Shown: positions 1 to 11,614 of the stretch, piece by piece
How positions within the stretch are numbered: the first letter of the stretch is position 1
How the letters are laid out: every line of letters starts with the position of its first letter
Assembly: GCF_963921235.1 (NCBI RefSeq)
Contig: NC_086118.1
Span: forward strand, 21,578,001 to 21,642,000
Origin: Mobula hypostoma
Lineage: Eukaryota
Reading direction: 5' to 3'
Length of the DNA stretch: 64,000 nt
Made by a program: the position numbers and the translations under genes
The notes under the pieces: generated by a model
Databases searched by the model: none
Told to the model about the DNA's origin: nothing
The model's input: the letters and a program-made list of their open reading frames with translations, nothing else

Positions 1-1016
1 GCTAAAATGACATGAGAATGAGTTTTTTTACAGAGGGTGTGTAGAGTGTGAAGTATGAGTCTTCCTCCAGAGAGTGTGTAGAAATGCAATGTTGATGGTT
101 GTAGAACATTCAACTGTAACATTCAAAAGGGAACAAACGTCACTTTGTCACTTTTCCATTTCTTGTCAGAGTCACCTTATGTTCTGATACTCCTGCACCT
201 AGCATCAGTCTATGCATATAAGCTAATCTTATGTATATATGACCACACTCAACAATTCCTTGTACATTGTGTTTTTTGGATTGTCTTTATGTATTTTAAG
301 CTTATTGTGTTTTTAAAGCTGCGTCGGATCAATCGTTTTGATCTCCTTTACACTCATGTTCTGAAGAAAACCAATGAACAATTTTGAATCTTGAAATATA
401 ACTGAAGATTGAGGAAAAGGTGTGAAGCTTGGACCAACAGAAAGGCTCTTTCAGTATGAGCCAAAGGGCTGATAGGCCTCCTGCCTTGCTGTAATCATTT
501 TGAGGTTTGGTTTAAAATCTTATTTTGGACATGTTCTTTTATTGAGAGAAACGGTTTTGAGTATTTTGTTCTGCAAAACCTATGATGATAAAATATTTTC
601 ATTGGAAGTAGTTACAAAATTACATTAATTACAATCCCATTGTGAGTATTACGTTATGTGCTTTAGTATTAGATATTGACTGAAGAAGTATGACTCAAAG
701 TTGAGACACAGGCATATTCACTATGTATTTTGGTAATATTCACTCAAGCCTGAAAATGTTTAATGGAACTAATGATGCTTGAGGAAGCAGGAAGGAGGGA
801 TGGAATGAAGGGAGTGAGATGTGGGATGCTATTTCCAGGCCTGGCCCTCTGAGAACAATATTCCCTCATGACCAACACCTGATGCTATAGAACCAGGAAT
901 GTCCTCTCCTTGAGTCCTGGAGATTTGAGTGGCAATCAGTTAGGTAGTGCATTGAGGGAGGGGTGCAGGACTGGTGGGAGAATGGCGTGGCATGGAGCCA
1001 CTTATAGGTTCAATCA

Positions 1017-1482
1017 TCCTGGCCTCCTCTACTGCCAGGATGAGGCTAAACTCAGGTTGGAGGAGCAACACCTCATATACTGCCTGGGTAGTCTCCAGCC
1101 CCTTGGTATGAACATAGAATTCTCCAACTTCCAGTAATTCCCTCCCCCTCCCTTTCCCTATCCCTATTTCACTCCGCCCCTCCCCCAGCTGCCTATCACC
1201 TCTCTCATGGTTCCGCTTCCTTCTACTACCCATTGTGTTTTACCCTATTCCTTCTTCACCTTTCCTGCCTCCCCTCCCCCACTCCTTTGTTTTTCCCTTT
1301 ACCTGGTTTTTCACCTGGAACCCATCAGCCTTCTCCTTCCCACCCTCCCCCCACCTTCTTTATAGGGTCTCTGCCCCTTCCCCCTACAGTCCTGACGAAG
1401 GGTTGCGGCCCGAAACATTGACCGATCTTTTCCACAGATGCTGCCCGACCTGCTGGGTGCCTCCAGCGTGTTGTGAGTGTTG
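1017..1482 (+). mobile_element. Penelope-like element (PLE) 3' fragment: end of GIY-YIG endonuclease plus pseudo-LTR
   Basis: Translation GLLYCQDEAKLRLEEQHLIYCLGSLQPLGMNIEFSNF matches the C-terminus of the larger copy at 55019-55345. A pyrimidine tract and a CTGACGA...GAAAC motif (1392-1416) follow. Flanked by a 12-bp direct repeat TAGGTTCAATCA (1005-1016, 1483-1494). Confidence 0.9.
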
Positions 1483-1649
1483 TAGGTTCAATCAGGCTGG
1501 AGTTTTTCAGCTGGGGGGGGCAGTTGAATGGGATATTCAGGAGCTGGGGAAGTAGGATCAGGTGTGGTAAAGGTGGTGGATCAGTCAGGAGATGACTTAA
1601 GACAGACACTACTTCAGGGACCTTTTCGATAATTTAAATTCACTTCAGA

Positions 1650-2200
1650 GGGGCATATACTAAGTTGAAGAAAATGATGACAGGTAACTTAGAAAAAAAT
1701 CATCAGGGTAGGCTGGAAGCAACTTGGATTTGCAAAGAAGAGATCACATTTGAAAATATGTTAGCTTTTTTTGAGTTTGTTTTCAGCAGAAACAATTAGG
1801 TCAAACCAGTTAATATAGTGTTTTTGACCCTTAGAAGATGTTTGAGAAGATAACACAAGAAATGATTAAACAGATATTATTGGGACAAGTTGAGGACTGG
1901 TTAGCCGACAGAAATCAGAAAATAGGAATAATTAGGTTGCTTTCAGATTGGAAAGTTGAGGTTATTGAGGTGAGTACGGAATAGAGCCCACAGCTTACAA
2001 TCTACTTTAATGATTTGGATGAGGGGGTTTAGTGTAAATGATCCAAGTTTGCCAATGAGACAGTGCTAGGTGGCAGTAAGGGGTATGGCAAAGATTCAGA
2101 GATGTTTCTGAGGAATACAGGTAGGCTAAGTGAATTGCTGAGGATGTGGTAGATGCAGATCATGTGTACCAGTGGAAAAAAGATCCAGAAGTGAGCTATT
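1650..2200 (+). mobile_element. Old, degenerate CR1 LINE ORF2 (RT) fragment
   Basis: Nucleotide similarity to the CR1 RT at 34964-35824 (e.g. aatgatttggatgag, tccaagtttgccaatgagaca); no open frame. Confidence 0.6.
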
Positions 2201-2819
2201 TGCACTCAATTGAATTTCACAATAAAGCTTTTGATATACTTCTGTTGCTTACTGCTCCTCTCCAATAGTGTTGCACCATCTGACAGAAACTGTTGCCCCC
2301 CTCCCCCCCCCGACATTTTAGAACATAACCTAAACTGAACTGGGAAATAAGAAAACATACCAAAACCTAAAGTCCGAACAAATTAGATTATTGTAAATTA
2401 TTTATTATTTTATTGCTTCCATTTTGATGTAATCCCCTGCCATTTTGTTGACTACATAAGTGAGGGAATAATTTCCTCTCACATTTTCAGTGGAGATAGT
2501 GAGGAGCAGTTGAGCACAGTATACCCAGTGATTTCCTTTTCTTTCGGCTACAACAACCGAGGGACTTGAAACGAGTTGTCCTCTCCCCTTACACACATAA
2601 TGCAATGGTCTAAAGAGGCCATCAGCAGACCCCAGCCTTATATTTCACCTCCTTTGATTTCTATTACCACTGAAGTCAATGGAAATAAAGATTGAGTGAG
2701 GCGTAAAACAGGCTGTCTGTTCAAAGGCAAAACAATGCTCATTTACATTAAAGTGCAGTATGTCACACTACTCCCATATCTTTGAAATGTTCCTATGGAT
2801 TCTAATATGGTAGAAAGAT

Positions 2820-3103
2820 CAGCTTTATTTGTCACATGTACATCAAAACAGACAGTGAAATGAATCATCCACATCAAGTCAAATCAGCAAAGAATGTGCT
2901 GGACAGCACCCAAATGTTACCACACCTTCGGCGCCAAAATGGCACAACCACAGCTTACTCACCCTAACTATGTCATTGGGAGGAACCTGGAGCGGCTGGA
3001 GGAAGCCCACATGGTCAGGGGAGAAAGTACAAACTCCTTACAGGCAGCATTAGGAATTGAACCCCGTTTGGTGAAGCACCAACTGCTATGCTACTATGTC
3101 GCC
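2820..3103 (-). mobile_element. HE1-like V-SINE
   Basis: Reverse complement of the V-domain (gggaggaacctggag...gaggaagcccacatggtcaggggagaaagtacaaactcc), tRNA-like head with ggaattgaaccc, and aataaa tail. Confidence 0.7.
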
Positions 3104-3636
3104 TGATCTCATGGTGTGGCTTGTCTCCCTGCCCCTTGGGAGACTGTTGTCAGACTGTCAAAGTTGAGTTTACTGTTTTATGCACAAGTACATGTATGTG
3201 CAGGTGCAATGGAAAATGTGTAGCAGCATCACAGGCACATAGCATCATACAAGCAGCAATCACAAGAAAAACATTAAATTAACAAATTATGCGCAAATTT
3301 ACAAGAACAACACAAAATCAAAGTCCGTTTTAGAGCACAGTGATCAGAGTGGTCATGCTGTAACAGTATCTGTTCCTCTGTGTACCTGTTTGACTAGAAC
3401 AACAATTGCCAAAAATTGACAGGTCCCTCTGCAATAGCATGAATCCAGCTTTACTGTGAGTTTGTGCTCGAGAAGAGGATATCAGCCGTCTTTGCATTTG
3501 ATCCCAGAACTGTTGTAAAGAAGGGAAACTGGATCAGTAGGGTTATTTAAAAATTTTTTTTTTTTTTTTAGTATGAACTGCTGGAGTTAGTACAAAGATT
3601 TCTGAAGCACACTCTGTTGACTGCTGTCTATAAATT

Positions 3637-3650
3637 GTTGCCCTGGCAAC
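3637..3650. promoter_or_regulatory. Candidate RFX X-box palindrome GTTGCCCTGGCAAC
   Basis: Perfect GTTGCC-NN-GGCAAC palindrome in non-repeat sequence, with TATAAA at 3629-3634. Confidence 0.4.
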
Positions 3651-4430
3651 TGCCTGTGTCATGCTGCTTTACACAACCGAGCACTGTTCTGCAGACAAGC
3701 CCTGGCTACTCTTTCAAAGATCGAAGGCATCCCAGCCTGATTATGGGTCCTCTACATTCAACAGAACTTGGGGTTTGTGTAAGTGGCTGAACCATCAATG
3801 AAAAACCGCTGGTGACACGACCAGGCACAGCGCACATCAAAGATTGCATGGACGAACAATAGCCGCAGTGATGAGAGCAAGAGAGATCAGAATCTGTAAG
3901 GAAGCTAATTTGGGCTGATGAATGGATGGAAGGAAAAAAAGCAGTCAATAATGTACAGAAGCTAATAGAAATAAAATGAGCCTTCAAGATGTTAGAGTTG
4001 TGGCTTTAGGGAATTTTCAAAAGACAGGAAACAGATGATGAATGAATGATTTTCTTTGATTGTAGTTCTCCCATCTTCTGTATTGTGGATATAAGGAGCT
4101 CCAATCTTCCTCTGTGAGCCCACAGATTGAATGGTGTCTGTTGCCTTTACCTTCACATAAGCAGAATAAGAATGTTACCCTGCTTTACATACCAGATGTT
4201 GTAGTTTGTAACAAATGGATCTGCTTGTTGAGATAGGGTAACCTTTGGCTTCTAATCAAGCACCCGTTCCACAACATCAAACCACCTCTTATTTTAATTA
4301 TTCATCTTCTCTGAGCAGAAGATACTAAATGAAGTACCACTGTTATTTAGCAGGCAATGATCCGAACACTTTGAGGATGTGAATGTGGTGATGCAGTAAA
4401 ACAAAGATTCCTGGTGAAAAGTAACATTAT

Positions 4431-7400
4431 ATAGATTCATAGAAAAGTACAGCACAGAAATAAGCCCTTCGGCCCATCTAGTGCACACCAAGCCAATGAA
4501 GCTGCCCAGTCTCATCGACTTACACCTGAACCATAGCCAGCCATCTCCCACTGTCTATGTACCCATCCAAACTTCTCGTAAATGTTGAAATGAAGCTGGC
4601 ATTCACCACTTGCACTGGCAGCTCACCCCACACTCTCATGACCTTCTGAGCGAAGAATTTTCCCCTCATGTTCCACTGAAGCTTTTCACCCCACACCCTT
4701 AAGCCATGACCTCTGGTTGTAGTCCCACCCAACCTCAGTGGAAAAAGTCTGCTTGCATTTATCCGATGTATATGCCTCATAATTTTGTATACCTCTGTCA
4801 AATCTCCTCTTAATCTTTATGTTCCAAGGAATATATAATCAGTATAGAGTCTATGAAGGTGATGCCATTTTGCCTTACTTTGATATACTCTGTATCCATC
4901 TCCATTAAAAATTGCATTTAAGATCTCACCTATCTTTTTTGACGCTATGCTTGGATTACCAATTACCAAATTGTTCCTTGCAATCATTTTGTTCTTAACA
5001 TATCTGTAGAATTCCTTAAGATTCCCCTTCACCTTGACTGCTAAAGCAACCTCATGCCGTCTTTTATCCCTCCTGATTTTATTCTTAAGTTTCTCTTGCA
5101 TTTCTTATACTCCATAAGAACCTCGTTTGTTCCTATCTGCCTATACCTACAATGCACCTCCTTGTTTTTCTTAACTAAGTTCTCGATATCTCCTGAAAAC
5201 CAAGTTTCCCTACACCTTTATCTTCACTTTTTTATTCTGACAGGCACATACAAGCTCTGTCACAATAGGGTGCTGGAAACAGACCTAAATGCAAGACACA
5301 GACACTAAAGTACAAGGAACAGGACTTAACTAAAGCAGGGACGTGACAGGATTCAGACCAAGAGCAGGGATGAGAGCGCAGACTTGGGCTAGGGAAAGCG
5401 GGACCAGGACTAGGAACCATGGGCTAGGAGACAAGGCTTGGACTCCAAGCCCGAGACTGGATAAGGACCCAGAACCTGGGTCTTGCCTCGGGCTCGGACC
5501 CCGGAACCAGGCAAGGACATGACATGGCTTCTTCAGGACAGGATGTGGCTGGGCTCTAGAGGCCTGAGCTTGGAGACAAGACAAGGCTCGGACTCCGAGC
5601 CCAAGACTGGACAAGGACCCAGAACCTGGGTCTTGCCTCGGGCTCAGACCCCAGAACCAGGCAAGAACATAACATGGCTTGAGGCTGGGGTCTTGGGTCT
5701 TGAGCTTGGCTTAGGATCCTCGAGGCTTGGGGTCTTGGGTTCTTGGAGCTTGGCTTGGGATCCTCGAGGCTTGGGGTCTTGGGTTTTGAGCTTGACTGTA
5801 GGCTGGAGTCTTGGGTCTTGAGCTTGACTAGGGATCCTCAAGGCTTGGGTTCTTGGAGCTTGGCTTGGGATCCTTGAGGCTTGGGGTCTTCATCTTGAAA
5901 TGCAGAGGCTGATAACTCAGAGACTGGAGCTGAGAGACGGACTGGGAACTGAACATCAACATAGAGCCGGGACTTATCCTTCGACAAGCCAGGACTCATC
6001 TTTAACACAACACTAACATGAGACAGGACAGAACATAGACATAGAGCCAGGACTTATCCTACAACAAGCCAGGACTCAACTTTATCTCCACACCAAGGTG
6101 GGACAGGTCCACCTGTTGGGTAACAGCAGGACGGCCAGACTTACCCAACAGAGGCAAAGACAGGACATGTCGCCCCCACAGGGCAATGGCAAGACAGCCT
6201 GACTTACCCCAGAGGCAAGGACAAGACTAGACAAGACATAATCCCCTGCGGGTCAACAGCAAAACGCAGTCAAGATATGACCCCCCACAGGGCAACGGCA
6301 AAACAGCCTGACTTACCCCACAGAGGCGAGGACAAAAAGAGACAAACACCAAAGAACAACAGACAGTTCCATCTCTGCTCCAGGGTAGCTCCAAGTCTCA
6401 GTTCAGCCAGCAACCTCCACTGGCTACAGAAACAGCCAGATCCCTACCTAGCTCAGAGTGGCTGACAGCCACTCAGCTGGCCCGGGAAACAGCCGAATCC
6501 ATTCTGCAAAGACTGCTCCAACAAGTGGCTACAAGGCTTCATGAAGCAGTGGTCCTCCAACCAGGCCTAGAGATCACAAATGGTTTCACCAGCCTTCCAT
6601 CAGCAGGTTGCTCCAAGGGGGACTGACAAGGCAAACCAGCAGCCCACACTCAACCCCAAGGCTACTTATATTGCAAGCCCAAAGTTGGGAATCAGGTGCC
6701 TATGATTAACTCAAACAAGGGACAGCTGGAAGACCTGGAGTCCTGAGCCCACGGGCTGGACCATGAACCGGAATGCAGACTTCACGGACCAGACAATGAT
6801 AAGCTTGTACTCTCCAAATTTCATTTTTGAAGGTCTCCCACTTACCAAGTACACTTTTGCCAAAAAACCCGTCCCAATCTACACTTGCCAGATCCTTTCT
6901 GATACCATAAAAGTTGGCCTTTCTCTAATTAAGAATCACAGCCATGGACCAGGCCCATCACTTTGCATATTTAGTTTGAAATTAATAGCAATGTGGTCAC
7001 TGGATGCAAAGTGTTCTCCTACACAAACCTCTGTCACCTGCCCTGTCTCATTCCCGAATAGCAGATCAAGTAACACACATTCTCTCTTTGGGACTTCAAT
7101 GTTCAGATGAAGAAAACTTTCCTAAACATATTTGACAAACTCTATCCCATCTAGTCCTTTTACAATATTGGATTTGCAGTCAATATGTGGAAAGTTAAAA
7201 TTACCTACTATAACAACTTTATGTTTCTTGAAACAGCCAGCAATCTTTCTGCAGATTTGTTCCTCATCCCCCGGACTGTTGGGTAGTCTGTAATATAGTC
7301 TCATTAACGTGGTCATAACTTTCTTCTTTCTCAGTGCCACCCACAACGCCTCACTAGATGAGTTCTCCAGCCTGTCCTGAGTGAGCACTGCAGTGACATT

Positions 7401-7755
7401 TTCCTTGACTACTAACATCACCCCTCCTCTTTTAATTCCTCCTGCTCTGTCATGTCTGAAACAACGGAATCCTGGAATACTGAGCTGCCAGTCCTGCCCC
7501 TCCTGCAACCAAGTCTTACTGATGGCTACAATACCATAATTCCAGGTGTTGATCCATGCCCTGAGCTCATCTGCCTTTCCTACAACACTTCTTGCATTGA
7601 GATACGTGCAGCTCAGGACATTAGTCGCACCATGCTCAAACTTAAGGTTCCTGACTTTGTCTGAGCTCTACCTACATCTGTCTCCTCAGCCTTTCCACTA
7701 GCTGTTCTGACACTCTGGCTCCGATCCCTCTGCAACTCTGTTTAAACCCTCCCAT
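4431..7755 (-). mobile_element. CR1 LINE (internally deleted; APE endonuclease plus 3' end), interrupted by a solo LTR
   Basis: ORF 7122-7508 is APE-like (FRHDRAGGIKRGGVML...VVIVGNFNFPHID). ORF 4520-4801 is the CR1 C-terminus (TRGHGLRV...FFAQKVMRVWGELP). Typical CR1 3' tail near 4431. Confidence 0.9.
5258..6801 (-). mobile_element. Long solo LTR (Gypsy-type) with internal tandem repeats
   Basis: TGTCAC...ATGATA ends (degenerate TG..CA); 5-bp TSD AGCTC/AGCTT; splits a contiguous CR1 sequence; homologous at both ends to 32720-33886. Confidence 0.75.
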
Positions 7756-7858
7756 ATGAAACATGAAAATAGAAGCAGTGATTGTTCATCCTCTACATCA
7801 CTGGTAACATATAGTAAATTCAGTTCTTCCTCACCTAATACCTGACATTAGGTATTAG

Positions 7859-8160
7859 GTGGCCAAGTGGTTAAGGCATTGGACTAGCTACTTGAAGGTC
7901 GCGAGTTCGAGCCCCAGCCGTGGGAACGTGTTGTGTCCTTGAGCAAGGCACTTAATCACACATTGCTCTGCGACGACACTGGTGCCAAGCTGTATGGGTC
8001 CTAATGCCCTTCCCTTGGACAACATCGGTGGCGTGGAGAGGGGAGACTTACAGCATGGGCAACTGCTGGTCTTCCATACAACCTTGCCCAGGCCTGCGCC
8101 CTGGAGAGTGAAGACTTTTCAGGCGCAGATCAATGGTCTCGCAAGACTAACGGATGCCTT
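7859..8160 (+). mobile_element. tRNA-derived SINE with CORE-like segment
   Basis: A box TGGCCAAGTGG, B box GAGTTCGAGCC, then gtgtccttgagcaaggcacttaa. Second copy at 16769-17082 on the minus strand. Confidence 0.85.
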
Positions 8161-8824
8161 TACTTTACCTGATATTGATTTACTGATATTGTGAAGATAA
8201 AATAACAACATTTGAATGGAGTTAATGCTTTCAGGAAAGGCACGAGAAAACTTGGGCATAAACAAACTAACTAAAATCAGATTAATTGCAAGCTGTCGTT
8301 AAAGCAATCTTGTTCATTTGATGGCCAGAAATGAAATATTTAATGACAGATTAATCCTTACCAGTGGAGACAAACACGTCTTTGCCACAAAATACTGCCG
8401 GAAAACATTTTAACCTATGCCTTAATTAAATTTAGCTGCAGATTGTAAGGAGAAGGATAGCGCTCTAAAGTGGATTTTGCTTTTTGCTGTGGTGAAGCAT
8501 TAATGACACTGCCCGGGAGTGGTTAATTTAGCACCTGGAACTCCGCAGAGAATAATTGTAATCGTTCCTTCACCAATGTATCAAAGTGCAAGGCCATTGA
8601 ACAGTAGCGTACAGAATTTCATCAGGAAGAATTGGATTTACAATAAAAACTCTTCTGAAGGCCACATGAGACATCATGTTTTCTTTTAACCATACCAAAC
8701 ATTTTAGTGATTTTAAAGACACTTGCTGTTCTTTGAAATCTCCTCATTAGCCCATTATTTCCCCTCAATGGTCCCTCACTGCCCCAAACTCATAACCCCA
8801 CCCCCCCAAACAAAAATTTTACCT

Positions 8825-9026
8825 ACTCTGGCTCCGATCCCTCTGCAACTCTATTTAAACCCTCCCATATGAAACATAAAAATAGAAGCAGTGATTGTTC
8901 ATCCTCTACATCACTGGTAACATATAGTAAATTCAGTTCTTCCTCACCTAATACCTGACATTAGGTATTAGGTGGCCAAGTGGCCAAGTGAGGAAGAACT
9001 GAATTTACTATATGTTACCAGTGATG
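8825..9026. repeat. 159-bp local duplication of 7712-7870 plus a 39-bp inverted copy
   Basis: 8825-8983 is near-identical to 7712-7870; 8988-9026 is the reverse complement of 8909-8947. Confidence 0.95.
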
Positions 9027-9439
9027 GGAGTTGGTGGTTTCAGCATGAAGGCCATAGCAGTGGAAAATAGAAGGGGAAAAAAAAGCTCTTCTGTTAAGAA
9101 GGCTGCCACATGAGAAGGACCATCTTGACGTACATGAAACATTAATTGCAATGAAAAAGCAAACCTCAAATTTTGGCGCATGGAAGATCAATAAAGTAAG
9201 ATCAAATGACACAAATAGAAATGATGAAGAGCACATGGAGAACAGACATTGGTGAGAAGAAAAATTCAAAAACTTTAATAGAAGTTTAGTTCAGGAAACA
9301 TTTGGGGTAAATCAAAGGCAATTAAAATGGAAAACAGAAAAAAACAAAGCTCTTTCAAAATGGTTTGATAATTAAGATTCTGTGAACAGGGTCCTGCAAT
9401 TTATGCTATTCAACTTGATTTCCATATATTCACTGGGAT

Positions 9440-11230
9440 CTTTTTTTTTCATTCATTGGATTTGGATGGTACTGGAAGTCTGGTATTTCTTGCTCTTTCC
9501 AAATTGTCCTTGAGAAGGTGATGATGAGTCACTTTCTTCAAATGCTGCGTTACACTTGTTGACGATATTACCGTGGCACTACTGGGGGCAGAGTTCTATG
9601 ATTTAAGCTCATCGACCCTGACGGATTTGTGGTACATTTCAGATTGGTATGTGACTTGGTTAGCAACATTGTTGTAATGGTGTTCCCAAGTGCTTGCTGG
9701 CTTTGTTCTTCGTGGGGTGGCATGGTAGCATAATGATTAGCACAACACTTAACCATACCGGTGACTCGGGTTCATTACCTGCCGCTGGCTGTACGTTCTC
9801 CCTGTGACTGAGTGGGTTTCTTTGGGGTGCTCTGCTTTCCTCCACATTCCAAGGACATACCAGCTGGTAGGGTAATTTGTCATTGTAACTTGTCCCTTGA
9901 TTTGGGGGATTGCTGCGCGGAGCAGCATGAAGGTCCTGCAGGGTCTACTCTGTGCTGTATCTCAATAAATAAGTAAGTAAACATTGTGATAGTGGTGTCC
10001 CCAAGTGCTTGCTGGCTTTGTCTTTCTTGGTGGTAGGCTTCGCGGGTCATGGAGGAGTGGTGGAGTAACCTGGATAAGTAACTGCAGCGAACCTTGCTGA
10101 CGGTACACACTAGAGCCACTGTGTACGGATGGTGACAGGAATTAATATTTAGAGCGATTATTAGAGTGGTCATAAAGTGGACTGCTTTGTTCTGGATTGA
10201 TTCAAGCTTCCTGGGAACTCATTCAGGCAAGTTGAAAGTATTTCAAGATATTCCGAATGATAGATGGATGAAATGCTTTGAAATGTTAGGAGGTAACTCA
10301 CTCAGTGTAGGATAGCTAGCCACTGACCTATTGTTGATATGATGATATTTATGTAGCTTGTCTGTTAAAGTTTTTGATCATGATGAATGTCAGGGTAATG
10401 ATGGTGGAGGTACAGTGATAGCAATACCACTGAATGTCAAAGGTATGTGGTTAGGCCTCCTCCTGTTGGAGATGCTCATTGCTTGGCACTCTTGTGAGCA
10501 TTACCTATCATGCATCAACTCATGTCTGAATGTTGTCCAGGTGTTGCTGCCTGCTGTTATGGGCTACTCCAGACATTGGGAATGGAATTGACCCATCTGA
10601 AATAGTCAACCAACTTTTCCACGGCTGCCCGAGTGGAAAGAAGTTCATTGATGAAGCAATTGAAGATAGTTGGGCCTAGGACACTGCTCTGAGGAATGCT
10701 GGTGATACGGTGACTGACCTCCAGCAGACACAATCATCTTCATTTGTGTAATGCCTGACTCCAACCACTGGAGCATTTACCCATGATGCCCATCGATTTC
10801 AGTTTTATCAGCGCCTCCATGTTGCATTCTGTCAAATGTTACCTCAATGCCAAGTGCAGTGCCTCTTAGCTCACCTCTAAAGTTTGACCCTTTGTCCATG
10901 TTTATATCAAGGTTGTAATGAGGAGCAAATATGAGGGTCCTGGTAAAGTCTAAACTGGGCTTCAGTTAGTAGGCTATTCGCAACATTTGATTACACTGAC
11001 AGCTTCTATCGTTTTGCCGCTGGAAATATGGGCAGGAATTAGTAAGGTTGGATCTCACTTTCACATTCGAACACTTCCTTTGAACAGGATATACCTGGAC
11101 AACCTTCCCTCTTGACGGGTAGATGCCGGTGCCGTAACTGTACCAGAATAGACTGGCCAAAGATACAGCTAGTTCTCGAGCACTTGTGTCCTGTGTTACA
11201 GCTAAGATGATATTTGGATTCCATGCTCTC
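9440..11230 (-). mobile_element. Old CR1-superfamily LINE (RT to 3' end), interrupted by a SINE
   Basis: Translation LFWYSYGTGIYPSRGKVVQVYPV...SNLTN resembles the pre-RT region. The same 3' UTR occurs at about 21660-22025 and 56570-56830. Confidence 0.75.
9716..9979 (+). mobile_element. HE1-like V-SINE
   Basis: tRNA-like head, V-domain (tgtacgttctccctgtgactgagtgggtttct...tgctctgctttcctccacattccaagga), and tail ctgtgctgtatctcaataaataagtaagtaa. Confidence 0.85.
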
Positions 11231-11244
11231 TTGTCTTTGTTAGG

Positions 11245-11490
11245 TACAGAGGAGATGTCAGGTACAGAGGAGGTGTCAGGGTAAGTTTTTTACACAGAGA
11301 GTGGTGAGTGCATGGAATGGGCTGCTGGCGACGGTGGTGAAGGCAGATATGATAGGGTCTTTTAATGGAGCTTAGAAAAATAGAGGGCTATGGGCAACCC
11401 TACGTAATTTCTAAAGGAAGGATATGTTTGGCACAGCTTTGTAGGCCGAAGGGCCTGTATTGTGCTGTAGGTTTTCTATGTTTCTATGTC
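11245..11490 (+). mobile_element. CR1 3' fragment
   Basis: ttttttacacagagagtggtgagtgcatggaat...ggccgaagggcctgtattgtgctgt, ending in (tttctatg)2. Confidence 0.85.
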
Positions 11491-11614
11491 ATGCGGAATT
11501 AATTAAATTGCTCTAAAATTGGCTTCAGTAATAATCGGTATCTCAAGAGAAAGCTGAGGTGGATCAGCTATTCAATTGGTCAGGCTGAATATGGTCTGAC
11601 TGCTTCTAGCCCTT

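Noticed and set aside
5330..5890. Repetitive ORFs and possible CRISPR-like array
   Set aside because: Tandem units inside a solo LTR; no unique spacers, no cas genes, eukaryotic context.
7859..7925. tRNA gene
   Set aside because: tRNA-like head runs directly into a SINE body found twice; no acceptor stem or terminator.
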